Source: Blepharisma stoltei ATCC 30299
Taxonomy: Eukaryota; Protista; Ciliophora
DNA: 64,000 bases
Direction: 5' to 3'
NCBI GenBank assembly: GCA_965603825.1
Contig: CBFDEM010000021.1
Span: 1 to 64,000 of the forward strand
Shown here: piece by piece, positions 36,673 through 47,623 of the stretch
How positions within the stretch are numbered: the stretch's first letter is position 1
Layout of the letters: each line of letters starts with the position of its first letter
The notes under the pieces: model-generated
Seen by the model: only the letters and a program-made list of their open reading frames with translations
Database searches by the model: none
What the model was told of the DNA's origin: nothing
Position numbers and translations under genes: made by a program

Positions 36673-37611
36673 TTATAAATTCATAAAAAAAAATTTAAAA
36701 TAATAATCAGTTCTTTTTATCAGTAGAGCTCAAAATTTGAACGTTATGCATTCAGAAAATTAAGCAGATTATAATTATAAAGTTAATTTACCATTTGACT
36801 CGAAAATAATTAAATAGGCAGCCCAAAAAAGTTATTTAATTGATATTATTTCTGGCTATCATAAAAGTTTACAATAACGAAAGCTTCATCAGCTTCATTG
36901 AAGTTTTTTACACCTTAAAGCAACTGTAAAATTTCAGAGATCGATAAATTCGATAAGATTTATTTAGTGCTTTATTAGAGTGAAAACTCAAATCATCTCA
37001 GTATTTTATAAATATTCAACTTTTCATTATCTTAAAATGATGGTATACGCCAATAATGCTTATATTTGAAGACCTAAAATATATTCTTTTGCATTGCAAG
37101 TTGAATTGGAAATTTATATAACTCTAATTAGCGGCTCTAGCGTATTTATCTCGTCATAAACAGATTGTCTAGTCTTAGTCTTAGATTACTTATTTATTTT
37201 TAGAAAAAAATCTATATTACAAATTTTTGGGTTTTACTAATGGTTTATTGCTAATCAAGAGAGGAAGATTAGTCTGCAGATCAAGATAGCTCATATTGAA
37301 AATGAATAGATAATATAAGGCATTTAAGTAAAAAAATCGACTAAAATTGTCTTCAAGTCTTAGAGCCCATAGCTATAAGCTTTTCAGCCTTAAGCACCTT
37401 TATTCCTTAAAGCTAAATTTCTTTGAGAAAAATACGTAAGATAACTAATTTTATCATTAATCTGTTTGCTCCATATTGCAAAAAGTTTTGATATATAGCT
37501 ATATATTTAATCTATAAAAACTCAGTAATTTAAGTCATTTTCTACTATAATTGCCAATATTAACTATTTTGATAACTTATTATATATTAAGAGGAAAAAT
37601 TTATAAAAAAG

Positions 37612-40314
37612 TTAAAGCCATTTTAATCATTTATCATATATACTGAGCCTCTAAATGCAAATGCAAATCTAAATAGTCCACGCAAATCTTTACTTTTTTC
37701 CGATAAAGTAGGCTAGGATATTTTTTAATTTGCAAATAAAGACCTAACAGAGCAAGTACTAGTCATCCAATACTTAAAAAAGCAAGATATGCTATAGAAT
37801 TTCCACCAATACCTAGATAAAGTGTAGAGATTAAAGATTTAAGATAAGAGTATGGCCACGGCCCCATCGTTGCAAATTGAAAAAATTCTATAGGTATTGT
37901 GGCTGCTACAATTAAATCTCCTATAGACATTTCTTGCTTTTCCCCGAAAATCCCAGCAGGAACATTCCATCATCTTTGCCATATAAAATATGTAGTGACT
38001 GTAGTAATAATAAAAACGAAAAAAGAAAGCCCAAATAGAAGTTCTCGCCCTTTTGTAAAAGTGCGAATTTCTCGGCTAGGGAAAGGGCACTCACCGTTTA
38101 AGTTTCTTATGTCGCTTGGCTTAATTGATGTTCCATTAGCATAAATTAATGGATTTGTAATAGATAGCATTTTTGTGCTGAATGGCTTTAAATCTCCAAC
38201 TCAATAAATTTCTGTGTTTCCTTTGCTATCGACTTTAAGAGCTTCTATTGGGTATATCTCATAAATTCTATCATTGCTATCAGGATTGATTGAGACAGGG
38301 CCTGTGCATCCAACAAATTTTGTCTGTCTTATTATTGACATTAACTTCAGTGGATCTGTATAATCTTTTCCAGTGTTTATTAAATAATCTAAAGCCTTAG
38401 CAATCAGATATGCACCATCATAATATGAACAAGTGAAATCGTTTACCGTGTCATTCGTTTTTAAAATTCACTTTAAAGCACCCTGACCTATTTCTCCTGT
38501 CCATCTTGGTGCATTAACTCTAGTCATAGCTACCCCAATTTCTAATCTTTTGTATAAATAAGTGTCATTGTTAGAAATATAATACAGAGGATTAAGGGTT
38601 CCTGCAAAAACATATAAATCGCCTTTTCTTAATCCTAAATCATATAAATATTCTAACACGTAATTGCACAAAGGGCACTGAATTAATATTATTAATAGCC
38701 TGGCTTTTGAATCAATAACTCCTTGCAGTGCAGATTTTGCAGCTTTAATGTCTTTTCTTTCAAGATTTTCTGGTATAATTCTTGAACTTTCTGAGTTTAG
38801 TAGCTTAATTCCTAAACTTTCAGCAGAAACCTTCATTAAATTATATGAAGAACTTCCTCATATGCTATCCTCATATATAATGGCAGCATTTTTTCACCCC
38901 ATAGCTCTTAAAAATACGATATCAATGTGCAATAGAAAAGGTGTGAGCAATCTCACATACATTGGGAATTTCTCTTTAGAACTTAAAAAAGGGCTACCAT
39001 TGGCAGCTCCTATTGAAGGAATCACTATGTTTGATTCTTTAAAAAAATTGTATGTACCAATCGCAACTGAAGAGCCACCTGGCATTATATGTGCAAGGCC
39101 TAATTGGCTAATGTCTTTATTAAAACATGTTTTTATATAAGCTTCATCAAAAACAGTAGCTCCACAGTCAAAAATAGCCGTACTAATATGGAAATTCTGT
39201 AAAATATCATGACCTTCATTAATTTTTGCTATTGAAGCAAATGCACCAAGTGAGTCAATATCTGCTGAATCAGTGTCAGAGCCGTCTGGGTTTGTAAATC
39301 CTGGATTTATACTTATTGGTAACACTTTTTTGTCAGATTTAGGTATAGTACTTGAGTTCCTAAAAAAGTTATATTGCCTGATATAACTAAATTTCCATTC
39401 GTTATTGATCCAACAATCACTCTTTGGCCATTCTGTATATTTATAATAGAAAACTCAGGAGAAGCATAATGTTTTGGCAATTTTGAGTCAAAAAATGTTT
39501 TGACGTCTTTTGAATTTTCAGCTTCTAGTACTAAAGAAATAATTTCTATGATTGTAGATTTTAAATATTCTTGTGATGAAGCGTCAAATTCATGGCCTTT
39601 CTCTGCTATGATCAAGACTCCTTCAGTATCACATTCATATCCACTTTCTTGATTTAAAATGACTGCACTTCCGCTTGTTAACAATTTTGCATTTTTTAAG
39701 GCAATTTGCATATTTTTTGATTGAAGGGTGTTAAGGAAAAGATAGTAAATGGTAGCTCCAGTCCTTGCAATAACTCCATCAATTAGGCCATTAGTATCTG
39801 TCATAGTTGAAACAGTATAATAATCAAGCTCGGATAAATATTGCAAAATTTCATCTTTAAAATACTTAGTATCCTCGTTTAAAAAGACAGTACCTTGACT
39901 TCAATTAAAATATCTTAATAATGACAAAAACGCACTTAAATAATCAGAAAATGAAGAAGTCAACGAGTAACTTCATTTTTCTAAATATCTGAAATTATTC
40001 TGAAATACTAAATGTATTAAAAAATAATCCTGGCATATTTGAGAAAGCGAATTTTGAACTATTAGATCTTTTGAATAATCAAGCAGTAGTGAAGAGTTTG
40101 GGTGTTGAGAAATACAAAATAAAATAGAGGAAAAATTGCACTTGTGCCATTCTACAGAGGCATTGAAAATTGTTAATAACTCAGGTGAGGGAAATTCACT
40201 TCAAAGCGATTCTTGGGAATCGCCTGGGTAGTCCACCACAATGGTCTCTAAGGAATTGCAGAATTCAAAAAATATAATAAGTACAACAGCTGCTTTAAAA
40301 GCTGATAAAGCCAT
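37612..40314 (-). pseudogene. Venus-flytrap receptor copy 3, probable pseudogene
   Basis: Paralog with ATG at 40314; single-base deletions at ~39357 and ~37693, and an in-frame loss of ~224 codons of the TM region at 37824-37834. Confidence 0.8.
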
Positions 40315-41482
40315 TTATAATCATTCAATATTCAGGTGAAAATTAGTTTTGATTAAATATATATATAAAAATGTACTTGCTGATAATTTATGCAAAATTA
40401 AATTATTCAAAATTTATTGAGCTCCTTATCCTTGATTGAACTATTAAGTGAAAACCTCATAAGAGTTATTTATCAAGGTAAGTATATTATCCAATCAAGG
40501 AATACCATGGAATTTTAATCAACTAAAAAGCACTAATTTAAGTTTATGAATAAATCTTTTAAATTCCTAGATGCCACCAATTAGTTTTAGAGTCTTGAAT
40601 AAAATAAAAAAATTTTAAATGTAACCAATTTCGAGCTGTTTAATAACTTACGAGTAAAACCATTGAAAAAATCATTATTTTTTTTGGGTCTATTTAACTA
40701 ATAAATTAAAAAATTTGGCCAACCATTGTTGCAATATTTTAGCTAAAACTAAGTGCTTTGATGCAGTTCTTATGGCCTTTCTAATGATAAATTTTAATAT
40801 GGATGCCAGTTTAAATTTATCTAAGTCCTTTAACTACAATCAATATATATATAATTGCAAGAATATCCAATTAAAAGAGATAAATAAATTATATTGATTT
40901 TTCAAAAACTTGTTTTAAAAATTTTTTGGAAGGTCTAATATTCATTTTGTTTAGAAATTTTATTACACAAAAAGTCTCTTGAGCCATAAAATGCATTGGA
41001 AAATTCATAGTGTAACTTAAGTTGAAATTACTCTTATTAAAACTTCAAATCCGATGCTTCATACGAAAGAATCTTCAACTGTACAACGAGTCGTCTCCTC
41101 CATGGTCGCTAAAATTTCAATTGCCTCAAGCCCCAACCAGGGCTCCCTTTGAACTGCCATTAACCTCTAGATAGTTTCTCTTTGACTCAGGAATCTTGAT
41201 CTCGTTTATTTTTTCACTGAATCAGTATAAGGGGTTTACCTCTTAACGAGACCTGCCATTTAAAATGTCAAGGCAGAATAAAAGATTAAAATATTTAGCA
41301 ACTAGATAGCCTGGAGGCGAATTTATCTAAATTGCATGAGATTAACTTAATTAAAATAATTAATGCAAAATCCGAACTAGCATTTTCAAGCTAATCTAAT
41401 AATCGTTAAGGTTGAAATTATAATTTAAATTAATTTTTCAAATAATTAATACAATTAATTTGGTAATACAGAAACTCAATAT

Positions 41483-41665
41483 TTATCGTACATCGGTATC
41501 AGTAGAACATGTATCATCTGATGACTGTGAAGCTGCTTGATTAAGTAAAACAACAGAATAATATTGAGTTTCATAATCAATCGAAATGCTTGGATGATTA
41601 GCTACGCTCCTTGAGTTAAGAACTTCGAAGCTTATTTCGTCAAGCTTAGAACATCGGCATCCCAT
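41483..41665 (-). CDS. Putative 60-aa small protein with N-terminal dual-acylation motif (MGCRCS)
   Basis: Higher-GC ORF in very AT-rich flanks; Gly2/Cys3/Cys5/Ser6 pattern; TAA stop. No homolog recognised. Confidence 0.5.
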   Translation of the reverse strand: MGCRCSKLDEISFEVLNSRSVANHPSISIDYETQYYSVVLLNQAASQSSDDTCSTDTDVR

Positions 41666-42342
41666 TTCCGTAAAAAATTATCTATTTTTTAAATATTTGT
41701 CAGATTAATGGAAAATAGATCAGGATTTAACCAAAGATATTTTGTTTTTTCGAAAGCTTCGAGAACGAAGTTAAAAAATTTAGATATAAGCAATATATTC
41801 CTTCTAGAAATCATTATTGTAGGCTCTATTTATAAATTTGCTTAAATGCTATTGATAACAGTGCTAGTGGCTCATATCATTGATAACTCACATATAAATG
41901 GCAACTTGACTGTTCGAAAAATTGTAAAAATAAACTCAAATTTTTATAATAATTTTTTATTGCAATTTTACTAAGTCGACTTGTTCTTCTCTTATTTTCG
42001 GAAGATTGATTTTTGATATGCTTATTCAGCTCTCTTACTTTTTTTTTAAAAATAAATTAATATGAGATTAACGAATTTTGTTTTATTTAAATTCCCTTTA
42101 ATTATATTGATTTTGAAAAAGATTCCACTTAACCAATTACTTTATAATAATTAGAAAAATCATTTTAAAAGCTAATCTTGCAAGAGTTGATATTTTTTAT
42201 TCAAAATAACTAAATTTCTCAATTTAAAAATATCCAAAAACAACCCATTTGAACTGATCTTTATATTAAAATTGCAGCTTAATAATAAAATGTAATGTCA
42301 ATTATTTTCCCAAGCATAAATCAGTAAGTCTAAACAATTTAA

Positions 42343-43206
42343 ATGGAAGATTTGCAAATTGGACCCTTTGAGCCTATGATTGAAGGCATTCTAGATGGGA
42401 TCTGGAGTGTTACAGAAGATGTTGAAGGAAATGTATACGCAGTCTGCCAAACAGGCTACGTTTATTCCATAGTCGATCGGCAATGTCAAGAGCTCTACTA
42501 CACTGGTGGGCAGCCAAACTCCTTATGCTTTGATGGAAACAATACCGCTTACATCGCAGATATGGCCCATCAACGAGTTTTATGTCACACTGACAACGAG
42601 GGGAAACAAGAAGTAACTGAAATTGTCAAAGATTATGAAGGAAAACCTTTATTAGGTCCAAATAGCTTAGCATTAAGCGAACAAAACAACTATTTATACT
42701 TCACTGACAGTGGACCAATAGGAGAAACCTCAATAGCTTCCCCATCTGGCAGCATTTTTGCAGCAGATCTAGAACTTTTGGTCTTAAAACCTTTAGCACT
42801 CAATTGTTTAGCTCACCCTACAGGAATTGCAATAAGCTCAGACGGGAAAACTATTTTTGTGGCAGAAATGTATAGAAATAGGATATTGAGGCTGAGCCAG
42901 AACCCAAGTGGTGTACATCATATGAGTGTTTTTTATCAATTTTCAGGAAGATTAGGACCTTCTGCATTAGCGATTAGCGAAAATGGGCTTCTTTATGTTG
43001 CAAATTATGATTTTGCGGATTATTCGAGAAATGGACTGATATCAATCCTTAATATGGAAGGACAATTGCTGAATACAGTCACTGTCCCGAATGCTCCTGA
43101 AATCACTGGGCTTTATTTTTCAAAAACAAAGCCTGGAATTCTTTATATAACTGAATCAACCACAGCAACAGCTTATAGAGTGACTGTTCCTAGCGACCAC
43201 GCATAA
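42343..43206 (+). CDS. SMP-30/gluconolactonase/regucalcin-like six-bladed beta-propeller, 287 aa
   Basis: GQPNSLCFD, GPNSLAL...LYFTDSG, HPTGIAISSDGKTIFVAE, GLLYVA blade motifs. Confidence 0.88.
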   Translation: MEDLQIGPFEPMIEGILDGIWSVTEDVEGNVYAVCQTGYVYSIVDRQCQELYYTGGQPNSLCFDGNNTAYIADMAHQRVLCHTDNEGKQEVTEIVKDYEGKPLLGPNSLALSEQNNYLYFTDSGPIGETSIASPSGSIFAADLELLVLKPLALNCLAHPTGIAISSDGKTIFVAEMYRNRILRLSQNPSGVHHMSVFYQFSGRLGPSALAISENGLLYVANYDFADYSRNGLISILNMEGQLLNTVTVPNAPEITGLYFSKTKPGILYITESTTATAYRVTVPSDHA

Positions 43207-43468
43207 ATAAAGATAAAGGGAAATTACCTAGATATTTTAACTAAAAATATAATAAAATTTAAATGCTTATATTTCATATAGAGATTTTCATTTTGTGATA
43301 TTAAATTTATATTGCTTATAATCAGTTTAGTAAACTTTTATGCCAATATTTAGGACGAAATATTATAGAGCTTGCGCTATACTTATTCTTTTCTAATGAG
43401 AGTATATAATGAAATAATTAAGAAACTTAAAGATTGGATAAATTAAAATTTAGGTTGAATAATAAAAA

Positions 43469-43539
43469 TGCACCATCCGGGACTCGAACCCGAGCCGGTA
43501 ACTTGGGAGGCTACCATCATACCCCTAGACTAATAGTGC
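43469..43539 (-). tRNA. tRNA-Gly (anticodon CCC)
   Basis: 71-nt cloverleaf: acceptor GCACTAT/ATGGTGC, anticodon stem GTAGC/GTTAC with loop CTCCCAA, T arm TCGGG-TTCGAGT-CCCGG; followed by a TTTTT Pol III terminator. Confidence 0.95.
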
Positions 43540-43876
43540 AGGCAGTTTATTATAATTTCTTCATGTTATATACTCTACTTTCTCAATTCAAAAGAATCAG
43601 GGAATTTTAATTAAATTTTCGTATTTGAATAATTTTAATCTATTCTTTTACGTAAAATAGATTATAAATTAAATACTTATTATCTGAGCTTTGAGCTTAA
43701 ATTTTTGCAAATTTTTATGAGCTAGCTTAAGTCAACATTTCTTTATCAGCTAATTCTTTAGCCTTTTATGGCTTTTTTATAATAAGATTATCGCTGCATT
43801 TTATACAAATTTATTATTCCAATCCCTAATTTATTCATCCAAATCTGCATTTAGAACATATTGAAAATCTAATAAA

Positions 43877-45727
43877 ATGGATTTAAGAGAATATTCAGAA
43901 TCAATTCTAACAAACCTCAAAAACTGTGAAGATGAAAACATGGCAGAGATTCTAAATCAGCAAGAAGACCTCGCTCATTTATATATGGAAATGTCTGCAT
44001 CCGGTAATATTTTGCTGAACATTGAAGAAATGCTTACTAAATTTGAGAGTGGGCTAGGTAATATCAGCAGTGAAATTAAGTCACTGCAATCGCAAACTCT
44101 GAATTTAAGTGTACAGATGAACAACAGAAAAGACTTAGATAATAAGCTGAAACACTATGTCTCACAAGTGATGATTGCCCCAGAGCTAACTAATAAATTG
44201 CTGTATTCAGAAATAGATGAAGGCTATATTATTTTTGTGAACCAATTAAAAGAAAAACTTAAGTACATTAAATTCCAAGGGAAAATAAGATATCAAGACC
44301 AAGAAATAATACCTCCCTCTATGAAAGACATTATCCCTGTCCTACGAAATATCTCTGACAAAGTGACCTGAAAAATCAAAAATTTCATATGAAATTTTAT
44401 CCTTTCTATCGTAAAACCCAGAATTAACATGACTTTATTGCAAGAGAGTATGCTTAAATACAAAGACTTCCTGCAATTTTTAAGAGAAAATTCTCAAGAA
44501 AATTACGTTGAGCTTTGTATGAAGTACACAGAAGCAATGTCGTCAGTCAATTTTAGCTATTTTAAAGCATATATGGCTGGGATAAAGAAAAAAATAAAGG
44601 ACGACTCCACAAAGCTAGACGTAATAATCAGCGAAATTTCAGACCATTCTCTATGAAAAGTCCGTGGATTTGAATTAAATAATCGCCATTCTATTATTGA
44701 CTCATTAGAAACTTTAGAACCTATTACAAGTGACAATAAAAAAGAGTCATTTTACATAGAGCGGCTATTCCAAAGTGCCTGCATATCTTTAATGAGCTCT
44801 TTTCAGGAAAGTTTTGCATTTACTTTAGACTTTTTTGGACTTAAGCCAGAACAGTATAATCCAATTTTTGGTGATATTTATATACAGACTTTTCAAAATA
44901 TCATTGATACTTTTGCGTTGTTATTTTCAAATACATATGATGTGCTAGGACTTTTATTGGTATTAAGAATCAATTCTGCCCTTGAATATACAATTGAGAA
45001 GAAAAACATGACAGCTCTCCTAAGCTTTTTTGAGAGAGTTCGCATGATTTGTTGGCCTCGTCTGCAGTTTCTTCTAGATACCAACCTTCGGGAGATGGAA
45101 AAAGCATACTATCTCCGTGCCACTGATATCACCCTGCATCCATTAACGTCAAGATTTACCCAATTTATTGTGTCACTACACAAAATATCTCCAACAGACG
45201 ATATGTTCAGACAGCGTCTTGCTTTATTTAAGCGAGCCTTAATGCACTCTTTGACAAGACTCTCCCAAGACATTTCAGATGAGAAAAATAGGACTGTTTT
45301 CCTTATAAATAATTTGGATTATTTAATTACAGAATTTAATGACCAAGGCTTAGTCCTTTCTGATGATTTTTTGCAGCTGGAAGGGGATCTCAACAATTTA
45401 ATTGAAATTTTTTTAAAAATGCAACTGAAAGAGGTTTTCGGAGCTTTAATGGGGATTATAGAAAACCCTGAAAAAGCGAGTCCAGAAGATGTAGAAACTG
45501 TGCTTAAAGATTTTAATATAAACTGAAAAAAAGGGATACATCTGCTAGAAGTCATAGAAAAAGACCTTTTTACAGGCAAAGAGATCCAAAAAGACATATT
45601 GCGGCGTACTTATACCACTTTTTTAATGGACTACAACGACTTCGTCGAAATCATCAAGCGAAGCTACCTCCATTTATCAAACTTATTAGTATCCGCACGA
45701 GGAATAATGGCAGAAACACAGCGTTAA
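43877..45727 (+). CDS. VPS52: GARP complex subunit Vps52, 616 aa
   Basis: Single frame with TGA=Trp; DLREYS, EEMLTKFESGLGNISSEIKSLQ...NRK, YDVLGLLL, WPR, HPLTSRF, VFLINNLD, FNINWK match Vps52 family features. Confidence 0.9.
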
Positions 45728-45743
45728 GAAGAAGATAATTAAC

Positions 45744-46979
45744 TTACTTCCAGAATCTGATAGCTCTTGGCTGGACTCCTTCCACAGTTGTGTTTTCTTC
45801 TACATTGCACCAGTAGTCGTTAATGAGTTTTTGGTCGTCATCACTGTTAAGGTCGAATTTTTTCCTGTCATAGTACTCCCACTGTGGGTGTTCCAAAAGC
45901 TCTGGTGGGACGTCTTGGCCTCTCCAGCACAAGCAGCCTTTAATATCTAAGTTTCCGTCAGCTCCATAAATTCCGAGAGTTCCAAAAGACCATCTTCTAA
46001 GTCCTTCCATTCTGTGTAAAAATCCGTCTAAGAGGTTTTCAGTCAGGTACAAGACTTGGCACTCTCCTTCTAATTTTTGGTATTTGAAGTACCAGACACT
46101 CCAGCCTTCTTTATCAACTTTTTCCCAGAAGTGGTGGATTATGGATCTCTTGTCAGCGCAGTTGGCGTAGATCTTTTTCCATTCATCAAGGACAAAGGAT
46201 GTAGGAGGGAGTAGCTCAAATGGGTGGACTTTTTTCTCTTCTTTTTCTTCCTCTTCTTCATCTTCTGCCTTTTTCTTTGGTTTTTTGGCTTCTTCTTTTG
46301 GTTTTGGTTTCTCTTTGACCTCTTCTACAGGCTTAGAGACGGCTTCTGGAGCTTTTAAGGCAACCTTGGCAAGCTTGGCAGGTCCCCAGACTTTTTGGAA
46401 TTCAGGAAGGGAAGATACACTTAAGAACCATTTGGCGACGCCTTGAAGTGGCTTTCTGTAAGGTTCGTCAAAAAGAGCTCTGAAAGCCCAGACAAGGCTT
46501 GAGGCGACAGCGACGTCAGCTAATGTCAAAGCTTGGCTGACCAAAAAATTTTCCTTTTTGAGCCTTTCGTTGATGATGAAAAGGAACTTTTTGACGTCAG
46601 TTTGGGCTTGTTTGAGGGTAGCGTCACAGGTAGGGACTTTTCCGAAGACAAAGTTGAGCCAGGTGTGGAGTGGCTTTTCGAGCTCATCGTGGGAGTACTC
46701 AAGCCACTGGTCAACTTCGGCCTTGTGAATAGGATTGGCTGGGTATAAAGCGGATCCACCGACTGCTGCAAGGTATCTGATGGCTGAGCTTGATCTGGCA
46801 ATGCTACCTTCAGGGGTCTCGAGGACAGGGAGAGTCTTAAATACAGACTTGGCTGCGAAGTCTTTGGATTTTAAGAGAGCTGGGTCAAATGGAGGAATCT
46901 CGAGTTCGACTCCAGCGAAAGCAGCGACGACTGCGATTTTGTTGCCTTCCCAATCACCGACCTGAGTGTGTAGCTTCAT
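45744..46979 (-). CDS. EEF1G: Translation elongation factor eEF1B gamma, 411 aa (true start MKLHTQ at 46979)
   Basis: GST-like N-domain (LPVLETPEG, AIRYLA, VDQWLEY, LTLADV), Lys/Glu linker, EF1G C-domain (HPFELLPPTSFVLDEWKKIYAN, FWEKVDKEGWSVW, WRGQD). The track's upstream extension is AT-rich and non-homologous. Confidence 0.95.
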   Translation of the reverse strand: MKLHTQVGDWEGNKIAVVAAFAGVELEIPPFDPALLKSKDFAAKSVFKTLPVLETPEGSIARSSSAIRYLAAVGGSALYPANPIHKAEVDQWLEYSHDELEKPLHTWLNFVFGKVPTCDATLKQAQTDVKKFLFIINERLKKENFLVSQALTLADVAVASSLVWAFRALFDEPYRKPLQGVAKWFLSVSSLPEFQKVWGPAKLAKVALKAPEAVSKPVEEVKEKPKPKEEAKKPKKKAEDEEEEEKEEKKVHPFELLPPTSFVLDEWKKIYANCADKRSIIHHFWEKVDKEGWSVWYFKYQKLEGECQVLYLTENLLDGFLHRMEGLRRWSFGTLGIYGADGNLDIKGCLCWRGQDVPPELLEHPQWEYYDRKKFDLNSDDDQKLINDYWCNVEENTTVEGVQPRAIRFWK

Positions 46980-47258
46980 TTTTATCCACAGAGTTATAAG
47001 GTCAGGGAAATATGGAAAGTGATAGAAGCGGATAAGAAAATTTGTGAAAAATTGGGAAATATAAGGAAAAAGGATTTTGATATTTTTTGTGTGAGTTTGG
47101 GTTGGGAATATATAAATTATTTTTTGGATATTGAAATGAATGTTGTCCATAAATAATGCAAACTTGTTTAAAATGAACTATTATATTAATAGTAAAGCTA
47201 TAGAAAATTTGGGGCAGATTAGGCGTTAGAAAATTATATTGGTATATAATCATATTTT

Positions 47259-47386
47259 GGTTATAAATTGTGTCAGAAAAAGTCTGCATAATAGGAGGAG
47301 TAAGAGGAATTATTAACTCAAAAATTGCTAAAGACTATGGTCTAATTCCTTATGTTCTAGATAAATCTGAATCCTGGGAGGACTAA
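47259..47386 (+). pseudogene. Duplicated 5' fragment of the downstream FMO gene
   Basis: Matches 47613-47745; ATG changed to GTG, small deletions, ends in TAA. Confidence 0.85.
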
Positions 47387-47623
47387 GAAAATAGATTTTA
47401 AATCAAATGGAGAATTCTGAATTTAATGCCGATTTTAAACTAAATTAAATCATACTAATAAGGAAAATAAATTGTTTATTAGTAATTGAAATGATAATTA
47501 TACACAAAATAATCCAAATTAATTTTCTATGATAAATCAATACTAGATGTAAAATAAAAATCTTGATGCAAATTATATATATTCGCAATTATTCATGAGA
47601 AATGGAGAATTCGGTTATAAATT

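Noticed and set aside
36673-37611. Long AT-rich intergenic blocks as retained IESs or MITEs (also 40315-41040 and 55500-56090)
   Set aside because: No terminal inverted repeats, transposase remnants or interrupted genes were visible; cannot be supported without MAC/MIC read comparison.
43469-43539. Possible UGA-decoding tRNA-Trp or tRNA-Sec
   Set aside because: The anticodon loop is CTCCCAA (CCC, Gly) with a short variable loop and an ordinary 5-bp anticodon stem.
46980-47150. 57-aa N-terminal extension of eEF1B-gamma in the ORF track
   Set aside because: AT-rich, non-homologous promoter/UTR sequence; the family N-terminus begins at ATG 46979.
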